From Planctomycetota bacterium (GTDB taxonomy: Bacteria; Planctomycetota; SZUA-567; H5-PLA8): a stretch of 40,909 bases of DNA. The notes under the pieces were generated by a model. It saw only the letters and a program-made list of their open reading frames with translations. It ran no database searches and was not told where the DNA came from. The translations under genes and the position numbers were made by a program. Below are positions 1-8,565 of the stretch, piece after piece (position 1 is the stretch's first letter; every line of letters begins with the position of its first letter). The DNA lies in assembly GCA_045863855.1 (NCBI GenBank), contig BTVV01000048.1:1-40909 (forward strand), in the 5' to 3' direction.

Positions 1-2622
1 GTCGGCAACCTGAATGCAGACCTGCTGGACGGGAAGGATGCCTCGGAGTTCGTCACGACCGCGCATTCCCACACGTTGACCTTGCGCGGATCTGAGGGCG
101 TGGACCAAACGCTTACCGTAAGCGGCGACGTGCTCACCATCGCGGCGGGCTCGAACATCGTCACCTCGGCCGATGCGGTGGACACGCTGACAGTCTCCAC
201 GGTGCCGAACCCGGTATTCAGCGAGTCCGTGACGACGCCCTTCGTGATCAGCGAGGGCGAGTTTTGGATCCTGCCCGGCGGAGCGCCAGGCTTACGCATC
301 GTGCCCGCAGCCGACCATTCCGACGAGGCTCCTTGCGTCATTCTGGGGTTTCATTACTTCAATCCTTCGCCGACGGACATCGGAATAACGATCTCAGGGG
401 GCTTTAGTAACCAAGCGGAAGGAGAGTACAGCGTCGTGGGGGGAGGGGCGCGGAATCTAGCCGGAAGCTCGGAAGGTGGAGGCGAACCGGGCTCGTACGC
501 AACCGTAGGTGGGGGTTCAGATAACTACGCGGAGGACACTGGGACAACCATTGGTGGCGGAGTGTCGAACACAGCAGGCGGTGAGTATTCCGTTATTGGG
601 GGCGGATTCGACAATGAAACTTATGGTTTTGGCGCACTGGTTTCCGGTGGATTGTCAAATTCGGCCATTGGAACGAAATCCGTCGTAGGTGGCGGGGCGG
701 ACAATATCGCAAGGCATGAAGGAGACTCGGTCCTTGGAGGACTTTACAACGAAGCCGAGGGAAAATATTCCGTTTGTGGAGGCGGATCCTTCAATCGCGC
801 CACAGGCGAGAGTGCCGTTATCAGCGGCGGAATTGCTAATGTAGCGGAAGGTATGTACTCTGTGATTGGGGGCGGAGGAGATAACTATTGTATATCTGAA
901 AGTTCCACGGTCTCCGGCGGTATTGGAAATATGGCGACTGGATCTTATGCCACCATAGGAGGCGGTGGAACGAATGAAGCCGGCCTCAGCAGTGTCGTAG
1001 CTGGCGGAGAATATAACAGGGCCATAATACGGTGCTTTGTCGGTGGGGGTACATCCAACCAAGCCATTGGCGAATATAGTGTGGTAGGCGGAGGGCTTGG
1101 AAATGACGCTGCCGAATTTGCGGCCGTCGTGGGTGGTGGGTTTCAATCTCAGGCCACGGGCGAATACGGGACCGTCTGCGGTGGCGGCGGGAACACTGCC
1201 AGCGGCAAAGCATCTACTGTAGGAGGCGGAAGCGGCAATGAAGCCGCGGGGCTGTATGCCACCGTTCCAGGAGGCGATAACAACGAAGCGCGCGGGCAAG
1301 GCAGCTTCGCGGCGGGAACATATGCGCGAGTAGATGAACTTCACGAAGGCGTCTTTCTGTGGGCCGATAGCGTCACTGATGAAACCACTTTCGACTCCCA
1401 AACTGCCAACGAATTCGCCGTGCGCGCTCGGGGCGGCGTGCGGCTTTCCACGTGGTTCAACAACGAGAAGGGCTTGGCCATTCCCGGCAACAGCAGCCGG
1501 TTAACCACGCTGGGCGGGCACCCGCTGGAACTCTTCGGCACCACCGGCGTCGGCGTCATGACCTCCGACGTGACTTCCGCGCTGACGGTGGGGGGCCGGA
1601 TCGAGGCCAAGAGCGAAGGGTTCCAGTTCCCCGATGGGACGATTCAAACGACCGCCGCGGCGGGCGTGCCCGCTGGCTTCTGCATTTTCGGGACCACCAG
1701 CGCGGCTCCGGCGGGATTCACCTATACGGGTCACACCCTGGAACTCGTCCCAGGCGGGTGGTCGAACAAGACTGTTTTGCCCACGGCTCGTGGTGGTCCA
1801 GGAATCGTCGCGAATGATCTGCTCTTCGTTATTGGCGGGCAGACGGGAATACCCAATATCATGACGGGCGTAAATGAAGCGTACAATCCCCAGACGCAAG
1901 CGTGGACGACCTTCGCCGCCATGCCCACTCCAAGGCGAGGTCATGCCTTGGTGGTTGCAGGCGGAAAGATTTTTGCGTTCGGCGGTTTCAACGGCTCCTA
2001 TTTGGCAACCCACGAAGCCTATGACATTGCCGGCAATAGCTGGGAAACCAAGGCCGCCATGCCCACGATCCGCACCATGGCGATTGCCCAATATGTGAAC
2101 GGGAAGATTTACGTGATCGGCGGCACGGACGGCGGTACCGATTTCGGAGTTAACGAAGTGTATGACCCTGCCACCAACACTTGGTCCGAAGCCACGGCCA
2201 TGTCACCCGTGCGAGGGGGTATGTCGAGCGTGGAACTGGATGGGAAGATTTATGTCTTCGGGGGCTGGGCCGGAGGCTATAAGGACCTCAACCAGTGCTA
2301 CGATCCCGCGACGGATACCTGGACTGACCTCGCTCCTATGCCCACTCCACGCGACAGCTCTAATGCATGCGTGTTGAATGGAAGGATTCACGTCATCGGG
2401 GGTTTGAACTCGGGTAATGCGTGGCTGTCCACCCACGAAATCTACGACCCGAACACCAATACTTGGACGACCGCCGCTGCCATGCCCACCGCGCGCTATG
2501 GGATGGCTGCAGGCGTAATCGGAGACCATCTCTTCGTGGCTGGCGGCTACAATAACGGCTTCCTGGCCACCCACGAAGCGTACCTGCTGCCCGTGCAATA
2601 CTTCATGCACCGTAAGGATTGA
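1..2622 (+). CDS. Tail-fibre/adhesin-like protein with about 20 Gly-rich 14-aa repeats and a C-terminal six-blade Kelch propeller (5'-partial)
   Basis: Frame is open from base 1 (VGNLNADLLDGKDASEF), so the true start lies upstream of the window. Repeats resemble GxYSVVGGGxxNxA; linker GFQFPDGTIQTTAA; six Kelch blades of the form W...MPTxR...KIYVxGG. Confidence 0.8.
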   Translation, partial: VGNLNADLLDGKDASEFVTTAHSHTLTLRGSEGVDQTLTVSGDVLTIAAGSNIVTSADAVDTLTVSTVPNPVFSESVTTPFVISEGEFWILPGGAPGLRIVPAADHSDEAPCVILGFHYFNPSPTDIGITISGGFSNQAEGEYSVVGGGARNLAGSSEGGGEPGSYATVGGGSDNYAEDTGTTIGGGVSNTAGGEYSVIGGGFDNETYGFGALVSGGLSNSAIGTKSVVGGGADNIARHEGDSVLGGLYNEAEGKYSVCGGGSFNRATGESAVISGGIANVAEGMYSVIGGGGDNYCISESSTVSGGIGNMATGSYATIGGGGTNEAGLSSVVAGGEYNRAIIRCFVGGGTSNQAIGEYSVVGGGLGNDAAEFAAVVGGGFQSQATGEYGTVCGGGGNTASGKASTVGGGSGNEAAGLYATVPGGDNNEARGQGSFAAGTYARVDELHEGVFLWADSVTDETTFDSQTANEFAVRARGGVRLSTWFNNEKGLAIPGNSSRLTTLGGHPLELFGTTGVGVMTSDVTSALTVGGRIEAKSEGFQFPDGTIQTTAAAGVPAGFCIFGTTSAAPAGFTYTGHTLELVPGGWSNKTVLPTARGGPGIVANDLLFVIGGQTGIPNIMTGVNEAYNPQTQAWTTFAAMPTPRRGHALVVAGGKIFAFGGFNGSYLATHEAYDIAGNSWETKAAMPTIRTMAIAQYVNGKIYVIGGTDGGTDFGVNEVYDPATNTWSEATAMSPVRGGMSSVELDGKIYVFGGWAGGYKDLNQCYDPATDTWTDLAPMPTPRDSSNACVLNGRIHVIGGLNSGNAWLSTHEIYDPNTNTWTTAAAMPTARYGMAAGVIGDHLFVAGGYNNGFLATHEAYLLPVQYFMHRKD
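379..1305 (+). repeat. Protein-level tandem repeat (about 20 x 14 aa, GGG-x2-N core)
   Basis: ISGGFSN, VGGGARN, VGGGSDN ... VPGGDNN recur with roughly 14-residue periodicity; degenerate at nucleotide level; boundaries approximate. Confidence 0.8.
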
Positions 2623-2783
2623 CCCGAATCCTCCTGCTTACCCAGGCGGTTTCCCGCGAGTAGTAGGCGAGGGTTTACTTGGTTGGATGGATCTGACCTA
2701 GAGTTCCCAAGGCTGCAATGGCGCTCGGGCGGGATGGCTTCCTGCAATACGGTGAACGGTAATCGGTAGCGCCCATTGAATTG

Positions 2784-2820
2784 ACGCGCCCCGGGAGATC
2801 CCCGGGGCGCGTTTGTTTTA
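2784..2820 (+). terminator. Rho-independent terminator
   Basis: ACGCGCCCCGGG (2784-2795) pairs perfectly with CCCGGGGCGCGT (2801-2812) over 12 bp, followed by TTGTTTTA. Confidence 0.8.
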
Positions 2821-3011
2821 GCGGTAGAGCGTACTGATTGGCGAGTTGGTTATTGCTGGTGCGGCGAATGAAAAGGTCGCGGGCGGGCGGAACGCGGTTC
2901 GGTTAGACTGCCACGTAGCGGGAGAGGTATTTAGCTCTGCCTGCTTCGGAATGGCGCGAGCAGGCTTCAAGCCTCGAGCGCTAGGGTAAGCGGCACGCAG
3001 GATGCGCGGAC

Positions 3012-3860
3012 GTGTCTTCGAAACCAGAATTCACCTTTCCAGAGCGCGTGGCCTATCAACTCAAGCGGATTTCCGGTCTCGGCGCTCGGCCGAATTTTCT
3101 GATCATAGGCGGACAGAAGTGCGCCAGCACCGCGCTGTATTGGAACCTGACCCAGCACCCCGGAGTGCTTGCCGCTCGCAAGAAAGAGCCGAACTATTTT
3201 TCGTACCGGTACGGTAAAGGCTGGCGCTGGTACAAGTCGAACTTCCCATCGGTATTTTCCGTTGCTTATCGAAAGACGATCCTCCGGCAGGCCGTGACGG
3301 TCGGCGAAGCCACGACCTTTTACCTGTCCCATCCGCATGCGCCGTCACGCGTAAAAGAGCGCTTGCCCGAAGTCCGTCTTATCGCGGTGCTGCGAAACCC
3401 GATCGAGCGAGCCTTTTCGCACTATCACCACAACATGCGCAAGGGGAGTGAGTCGCTATCCTTCGAAGAAGCGCTGGACCGCGAAGAGGAACGCCTCGAC
3501 GCGGAACGCGCGACGGCTGAACACGATCCATACTTCCGGAAATCGGCACTGCATTACTTCACCTACCAGACGCGCGGACGCTATGCGGATCACCTCGATG
3601 CCTGGTACGCGCACTTCCCGAAAGAACAGCTCCTGGTGGTCAGCTCCGAAGCCTACCGCGACCGTCCGGCGGAGACGATGCAGCGCGTCTGCGCGCACTT
3701 GAACCTTCCGGCGTTCGACGGCTTCAAGCACGACCGGCTGAACGTGGGCAGCTACAAGGACAAGATGAAGCCGGAGACGCGCGAGCGGCTCGCGGCGTAC
3801 TTTCGGCCGCACAACGAACGGCTGTATCGCCTCCTGGGCGAAGACTACGGTTGGGCGTGA
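3012..3860 (+). CDS. PAPS-dependent sulfotransferase
   Basis: PNFLIIGGQKCASTAL (5'-PSB loop), KEPNYF, GEATTFY, LRNPIERAFSHY (3'-PB motif), YFRPHNERL. Confidence 0.9.
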   Translation: MSSKPEFTFPERVAYQLKRISGLGARPNFLIIGGQKCASTALYWNLTQHPGVLAARKKEPNYFSYRYGKGWRWYKSNFPSVFSVAYRKTILRQAVTVGEATTFYLSHPHAPSRVKERLPEVRLIAVLRNPIERAFSHYHHNMRKGSESLSFEEALDREEERLDAERATAEHDPYFRKSALHYFTYQTRGRYADHLDAWYAHFPKEQLLVVSSEAYRDRPAETMQRVCAHLNLPAFDGFKHDRLNVGSYKDKMKPETRERLAAYFRPHNERLYRLLGEDYGWA

Positions 3861-3938
3861 TCCCGTATCTTGTTTCAGCCACAAAAGTTACACGTTTGGC
3901 AAAATCGCGGTCCGATAAAGCGGTCCACCAGATTACAG

Positions 3939-3967
3939 CTAAACCTTTCTCTGTTCGGTCCGTCCCT
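3939..3967 (+). promoter_or_regulatory. Putative ECF-sigma promoter
   Basis: AAC (3942-3944), 16-nt spacer, CGTC (3961-3964), about 40 nt upstream of the ATG at 4006. Confidence 0.4.
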
Positions 3968-4005
3968 TACAATAGGAACGTCGTGGCGCGCGGAGGTTTG
4001 GGAGC

Positions 4006-4857
4006 ATGTCGATGCGGATTCTGGCCGGGGTGCTGGCGCTGAGCTTGGTTGCGTGCGGCTGGGCGGGCGAGGACGCCGATGCGGCGGCGGAACCGGCGCT
4101 CGCGCCGAACGCCCGGATCGCCAAGGCGCTGGGGACAAAACTCGAGGCGCTCGACGAGCAGGAGCATACGCTATCCGAGATGCTTGCGCTTTTCGCCAAG
4201 CTCTCGGGCGAAAATTTCATTCTCGACGCGAGCCTGCCGAAGTCGGTCGGCGGCACGCAGGTGACGGTGAAGGTGAAGCCCGGCGCGACGGTGCTGGATG
4301 CGTTCTCGGTCTGCTTGGCGCTGACGGGCCTGCGTTACACGATCCTCGACGGCGCGGTCTTCGTGAGCACCGAAGGGAAGCTTTCCGACCGGCTGCTGAC
4401 CGCTCAGGGGCTGGCGCACGAAGTCGAATCCCCGCGGACGCGCGAACCGTTGAGCGTCGGGGAAGCGGTGGTTCGATCGCGGCCGTTCGATCCGTACCAG
4501 GACGATTTCGTGCAGGCGCGCGATTTCATCGCGCACGATCCGTGGCGGCATTGGGAAGCGCCGCGGCACAATCCGCGCACCGGCCTGACGGACTACCCCG
4601 GCCCGCCGGTCTGGATCGAGGATCCGGATATCGGGCACCCGCGCTTTCGCTTTACCGGGACACCGTACTTTTTGAAGCCCGAGTATCTGGCGCTGGAGAT
4701 GGAGAAACGCGAACTGCGCGAAGAACAAGACCGCCGCGCGCAGCAGGAACGGCAAGGACAGGCGCGTGCACTGGCCGCAGTGCTGCAAATGCTGAAAGAC
4801 AACCCAGACCTCACGGCCAAGCAGATCATGGAAAAGATGGGCAAGGAAGAGCCGTAA
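4006..4857 (+). CDS. Exported hypothetical protein with an STN/secretin-N-like domain
   Basis: Signal peptide MSMRILAGVLALSLVACGWA; LSEMLALFAKLSGENFILD...TGLRYTILDGAVFVS pattern; GGAGG/GGAG upstream. Confidence 0.65.
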   Translation: MSMRILAGVLALSLVACGWAGEDADAAAEPALAPNARIAKALGTKLEALDEQEHTLSEMLALFAKLSGENFILDASLPKSVGGTQVTVKVKPGATVLDAFSVCLALTGLRYTILDGAVFVSTEGKLSDRLLTAQGLAHEVESPRTREPLSVGEAVVRSRPFDPYQDDFVQARDFIAHDPWRHWEAPRHNPRTGLTDYPGPPVWIEDPDIGHPRFRFTGTPYFLKPEYLALEMEKRELREEQDRRAQQERQGQARALAAVLQMLKDNPDLTAKQIMEKMGKEEP

Positions 4858-4952
4858 CAGACTCGCCAGGAACGCCCTAAGCCGCGCGGTTCATGGGGCC
4901 GGCATCCTGGAGCAAGCACGGCTTCGTTGGGCCGGTTGCGCGAAGGCGCCGC

Positions 4953-6893
4953 CTACGGGAACCTACTCGGGCCGCTCGCGCTCAACCTCATCGATTCCCT
5001 GACCTGCATCAGCCGGGCCGGAAAGTCCGTGAAAATACGATCGACGCCAAAGCCCAAAAGGCGGCGCATCGCATCGGCGTCGTTGGCGGTCCATACACAT
5101 GCGAGCATGCCGGCCGCGTGTATCTTCTCCACTTTTTCCTTCGTGGCCTGATCCGTGTGCATGACCAACCATTCGAATCCGGCGCGCTTTGCCGTTTCGA
5201 GGTCTTCCTCAAACTTCGATCGAAGCGTATTCCAATCCAGTTCGTGCTTCTCCGAATAAATATCCGCGCTTTTTTGACTCAACGGACACCAGCATACGGG
5301 ATATCTGGGGTCCATTTGTTTGACTTTTAGCAAATCTTCGATGTTCCCATCGTTGAAGCCCACCCAAGGCTCCACTTGCATGGATTCGATCAGTTTAATG
5401 ATGGCAGCCACATCGCATTGCTTTGGGTGAATGCATAATCTGGTCGCGCATTGCGACCGGATTAAAAAGAGCACCTCGGCAAGCCGGGGGACTCTTTGCA
5501 CCGGGCAAGCTTCAACGGTTAAGCCGTGCTTCTTTCGAAACGCGTAGGCTACATCCACCTCTCGAAGACGCGCATAAACCGTTTCTCTCGCCTTGCGATC
5601 GAGATCGCCCACGCGTTCGGTTCGTCGATCGTGCAGTACGACCAGTTCGCCATCGCGCGTAGTTTGCACGTCGATCTCGATCCAATCCACGCCAATCGAG
5701 AGTGCATGGCGAATCGCAGCCATCGTATTCTCGGGGAAATCGCCTGAAGAACCCCGGTGCGCGGTCACGCCATTTTCGAGGAACTTCATGTTCGAGGTGG
5801 CTGTGGGCAGAGGCACGTCGCAGGAGTCAAGCAGAGGTCGTCCGTCATTGAGCGAAACGGCGACCATATCACGCGCAACCGCTTGCGCGATCGATCCGTC
5901 CACAAAGGCAGGGGGCTGCCAGCGATCGGGCGCTGCTTGCAGGACTTCATCTGGCAGAATTATGGCGTTCGTTTTGAGCAATGACTGGAGCGCTTCGGCT
6001 ACCTTGCGCGGCGTAATGGGTAGCATGCACTTCAGGTGAACGCAATCCAGGCGGTGGCTCAGGCATGGAGAGCAGTGTGGCCGGGTATAGAGCGGTATGG
6101 TGCGATCGTATCCGACATTCCACGGATGAATCGCGCCGCCGTAAATGACCACCGCAGGCACCTTGACGGCGCGCGCCAGATGCGCCCAGCGGCCCTCTTG
6201 CGCGACACACGCGTCGCAAGCCGCCAGCATGGCGGCAAGTTCGCGAAAGCCGACCCGCACATTTCGCAGCGGCTTGCCGGGAGCCGTAATGGCAAGCTCC
6301 CGGCTTCCGTTCGGCATGAGTAATGTGACGTGCGGTGCCAGCGCATCCGACAAGCGCTGGACGTTTTCGAGTCCCCATTCCTGGTTATGCGTAGGTTGGG
6401 ACTCGCCACCATGGGCCAGAATAACGACAGGGAAGTCGGCTTTTTCTAGCAAGACCTTTCCGATCGCGAGTTCGGCTTCGTCGAGAAAGAGTTCCGGATG
6501 CCGGCCGTCCATCGGCAACCGTTCCCCACGAGCCCATCCCCAGTCGAGGAGGAAGTCCCATACATCCATCCACAGATCTTCGACACGGTGGGGGTGCCGT
6601 TGTTCCCGGCGGGCGATTGGGAAGGAAACGGTTCTTCGGGTATTGAAGAGGTGCCAAGCCCTGATTTCGTCGAAACGCGGGTTGTTTCTAAAAACTTCCG
6701 TATCGGGGGCGGAGACGGCGAGGTGCAAATCCGGCAGGTGCTTCTTGATGCTCCTGGCGATAGGCGTGAGCATCAGGTTGCCGGTGTCGTCGCCGGTGCG
6801 ATTCAACAAAGTCAGCGATCGTCGACCTCGAACGCTCCCGATCAGGGCTCCCAGGCCTTGCACAACGAATTGGCGTAAGTCGGAGCAAAACAT
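4953..6893 (-). CDS. Fusion of a GT9 (heptosyltransferase-like) domain and a glycerophosphodiester phosphodiesterase (GDPD) domain
   Basis: N-terminal part aligns by eye with the GT9 at 8566-9687 (MLTP, NNP, DGRHPELFL, CSPC). C-terminal part has AHRG, PENT, IEIDVQTTRDGELVVLHD, VWTAND and GVDRIFTDFP. Confidence 0.85.
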   Translation of the reverse strand: MFCSDLRQFVVQGLGALIGSVRGRRSLTLLNRTGDDTGNLMLTPIARSIKKHLPDLHLAVSAPDTEVFRNNPRFDEIRAWHLFNTRRTVSFPIARREQRHPHRVEDLWMDVWDFLLDWGWARGERLPMDGRHPELFLDEAELAIGKVLLEKADFPVVILAHGGESQPTHNQEWGLENVQRLSDALAPHVTLLMPNGSRELAITAPGKPLRNVRVGFRELAAMLAACDACVAQEGRWAHLARAVKVPAVVIYGGAIHPWNVGYDRTIPLYTRPHCSPCLSHRLDCVHLKCMLPITPRKVAEALQSLLKTNAIILPDEVLQAAPDRWQPPAFVDGSIAQAVARDMVAVSLNDGRPLLDSCDVPLPTATSNMKFLENGVTAHRGSSGDFPENTMAAIRHALSIGVDWIEIDVQTTRDGELVVLHDRRTERVGDLDRKARETVYARLREVDVAYAFRKKHGLTVEACPVQRVPRLAEVLFLIRSQCATRLCIHPKQCDVAAIIKLIESMQVEPWVGFNDGNIEDLLKVKQMDPRYPVCWCPLSQKSADIYSEKHELDWNTLRSKFEEDLETAKRAGFEWLVMHTDQATKEKVEKIHAAGMLACVWTANDADAMRRLLGFGVDRIFTDFPARLMQVRESMRLSASGPSRFP

Positions 6894-6899
6894 AGCGAG

Positions 6900-7790
6900 T
6901 CAGCGGGTTTGGCGCTGGGCAAGCGCGCGCGATGCCTTCAGCACCTGACTGGGCCCCGCACCGCTCAGGGCTCCGCCGGGCGCGATCGAATCGGCCAGGT
7001 CCATCCATTCCGAAAGCTGGGTATGCAGGTGGGCCTGCTGAGTCCATGGCGACCAATACTGCTCCATGGTTCGGCGCGCCGCTTCCGAGGGTTTGCGCGC
7101 GAGATCGTAGGTGCCGGTCAGGATTTCCCTCAAGGTGTACTGAAGGTCAGCGCGGTCATGTTCGAGATGGCGGCCCAAGTGGGTGGAAAACCGCCAATCG
7201 ATGACGACCGGATTCCAGCGTTCACCTCTGAGGATGATATTGGCCGGGCTTAGATCTCCGTGACGCAATCCGTAGCGGTGCAGCGCCGCCATGCCTTCCA
7301 GAATTCCCAACCAAACTTCTCTCATGCGTTCAATGCCCGCCACGGGGAAGGACTGGTCCAAAAGCATGTCTCGGAATTTCCGACCCTCAATTCGCTCCAT
7401 GACCAAGTATGGAAGTTTGAGAACATCGCCCGACTGGGGGTCCGGATATTCGAGCGTTCCGGATGCGAAGCGATTCACGAGATTCGGATGGTGCGGCGGA
7501 TACCAGCAGAGCAACCAAGCGGCGAAGCGGTTCTTCAGGCTGGCGGCGTTCGAGCGCCGTTTGACCGCGAATCGGGCGACCACGCGAATCGCGACGGTCC
7601 GGCCGCCAGTCCATTGTCCTTCGTATACGCGCGCATCGGTGCCGCACCCCAAGAGGGTCGGATTCCCAATGCCACGCTCCGTCAGCGCGCGTTCCAGAAA
7701 CCGTCCAAACCCTAATTCCTCATCTTCGGCATGCTTGAGGTTCGCCTCAGGAACATGAACTTGAGGTAGCAGCGGCAGCCCCATGCCCAT
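6900..7790 (-). CDS. Protein-kinase-fold protein with atypical motifs (possible LPS/small-molecule kinase or pseudokinase)
   Basis: LGCGTDARVY, VAIR, HPNLV, YLVMERIEG, HGDLSPANIIL, VIDW. Confidence 0.75.
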   Translation of the reverse strand: MGMGLPLLPQVHVPEANLKHAEDEELGFGRFLERALTERGIGNPTLLGCGTDARVYEGQWTGGRTVAIRVVARFAVKRRSNAASLKNRFAAWLLCWYPPHHPNLVNRFASGTLEYPDPQSGDVLKLPYLVMERIEGRKFRDMLLDQSFPVAGIERMREVWLGILEGMAALHRYGLRHGDLSPANIILRGERWNPVVIDWRFSTHLGRHLEHDRADLQYTLREILTGTYDLARKPSEAARRTMEQYWSPWTQQAHLHTQLSEWMDLADSIAPGGALSGAGPSQVLKASRALAQRQTR

Positions 7791-7795
7791 TCTCC

Positions 7796-8488
7796 TTAGG
7801 CACTAGCCAGAAGGATCAATTCCTTGGAGAACAAGGTTGGACTGAGAGCGTGCAACGGCTTTCTGCGAGCGGCGAGCACGCGCACATTTTTAAGCTTCGC
7901 GCGCAAAAGCAGTTCTTTCACTTCCGGGGGCGTCATGAAGTTCCGGTGGCTGGGACTCAGTTCGGGGAACTCGCCCGCCAGCATCCGCATTCGGTTCTTC
8001 AAGGTAACAATGTTGGGGATCGTCAACACCACGAACCCGTCCGGGGCTACGGCTTCACGGAGTTGCACCAGGAACGGTTCGGGCTTGTCGATGTGATGCA
8101 GCACCATCGCGGCAAGGATTCCGCGAAATTTGACGCCGTAATCCGGAAGCCCTTGGTTCAGGTTCGCCTGCCGCACCCGCTCCGGCGGCACGTTCAAGCG
8201 GTCCAAGGCGACTCGAGATACGTCGCAGGCGTACATTTCATAGCCTGCCTCGCTCAAAGCCTTAAACAGATGGCCGGGTCCGGGGCCCAACTCCAGCAGA
8301 TTCGCCGGTGTCGGGACCAGCTTCTTGATTTCGGCGATCATGCGCTTGTGGATGGAGCGCATGCCCTTGCGCATGGGCGCGGAATTCCAATATTCGTCGT
8401 AGTCTTCCACACCGAACGTATGAACGAGGTCGTGCTGATGCTTCGGCCAACGCTTCTTGGCATCATGCGCAGGCTTTTTCTTGAACAT
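7796..8488 (-). CDS. Class I SAM-dependent methyltransferase
   Basis: LLELGPGPG motif I, ACDVS, ANLN, VLHHIDKP, PDGFVVLTIPN. Confidence 0.9.
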   Translation of the reverse strand: MFKKKPAHDAKKRWPKHQHDLVHTFGVEDYDEYWNSAPMRKGMRSIHKRMIAEIKKLVPTPANLLELGPGPGHLFKALSEAGYEMYACDVSRVALDRLNVPPERVRQANLNQGLPDYGVKFRGILAAMVLHHIDKPEPFLVQLREAVAPDGFVVLTIPNIVTLKNRMRMLAGEFPELSPSHRNFMTPPEVKELLLRAKLKNVRVLAARRKPLHALSPTLFSKELILLASA

Positions 8489-8506
8489 GGAATCTTCCTG
8501 TGGTGT

Positions 8507-8557
8507 GCACGAATCGTGCTAATCCAGCAATTATAGATTTGTGTGCGCCTGAGTCAA
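8507..8557 (-). promoter_or_regulatory. Sigma70-type promoter with downstream palindrome
   Basis: Minus strand TTGACT (8552-8557), 16 nt, TATAAT (8530-8535); palindrome GCACGA-A-TCGTGC at 8507-8519. Confidence 0.65.
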
Positions 8558-8565
8558 TCGGGTTC

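Noticed and set aside
1..2622. Prophage
   Set aside because: Only a fibre-like gene; no integrase, capsid, terminase or lysis genes in the window. Upstream sequence is not visible.
2695..2800. Guanidine-I/ykkC-like fragments (CTAGAGTTCC and CCCGGGAGAT)
   Set aside because: The central conserved elements are missing, and the 3' match is simply the terminator stem.
2818..2900. AGCGGTAGAGC resembling a tRNA D-arm
   Set aside because: No acceptor stem, anticodon arm or T-arm at the correct spacing.
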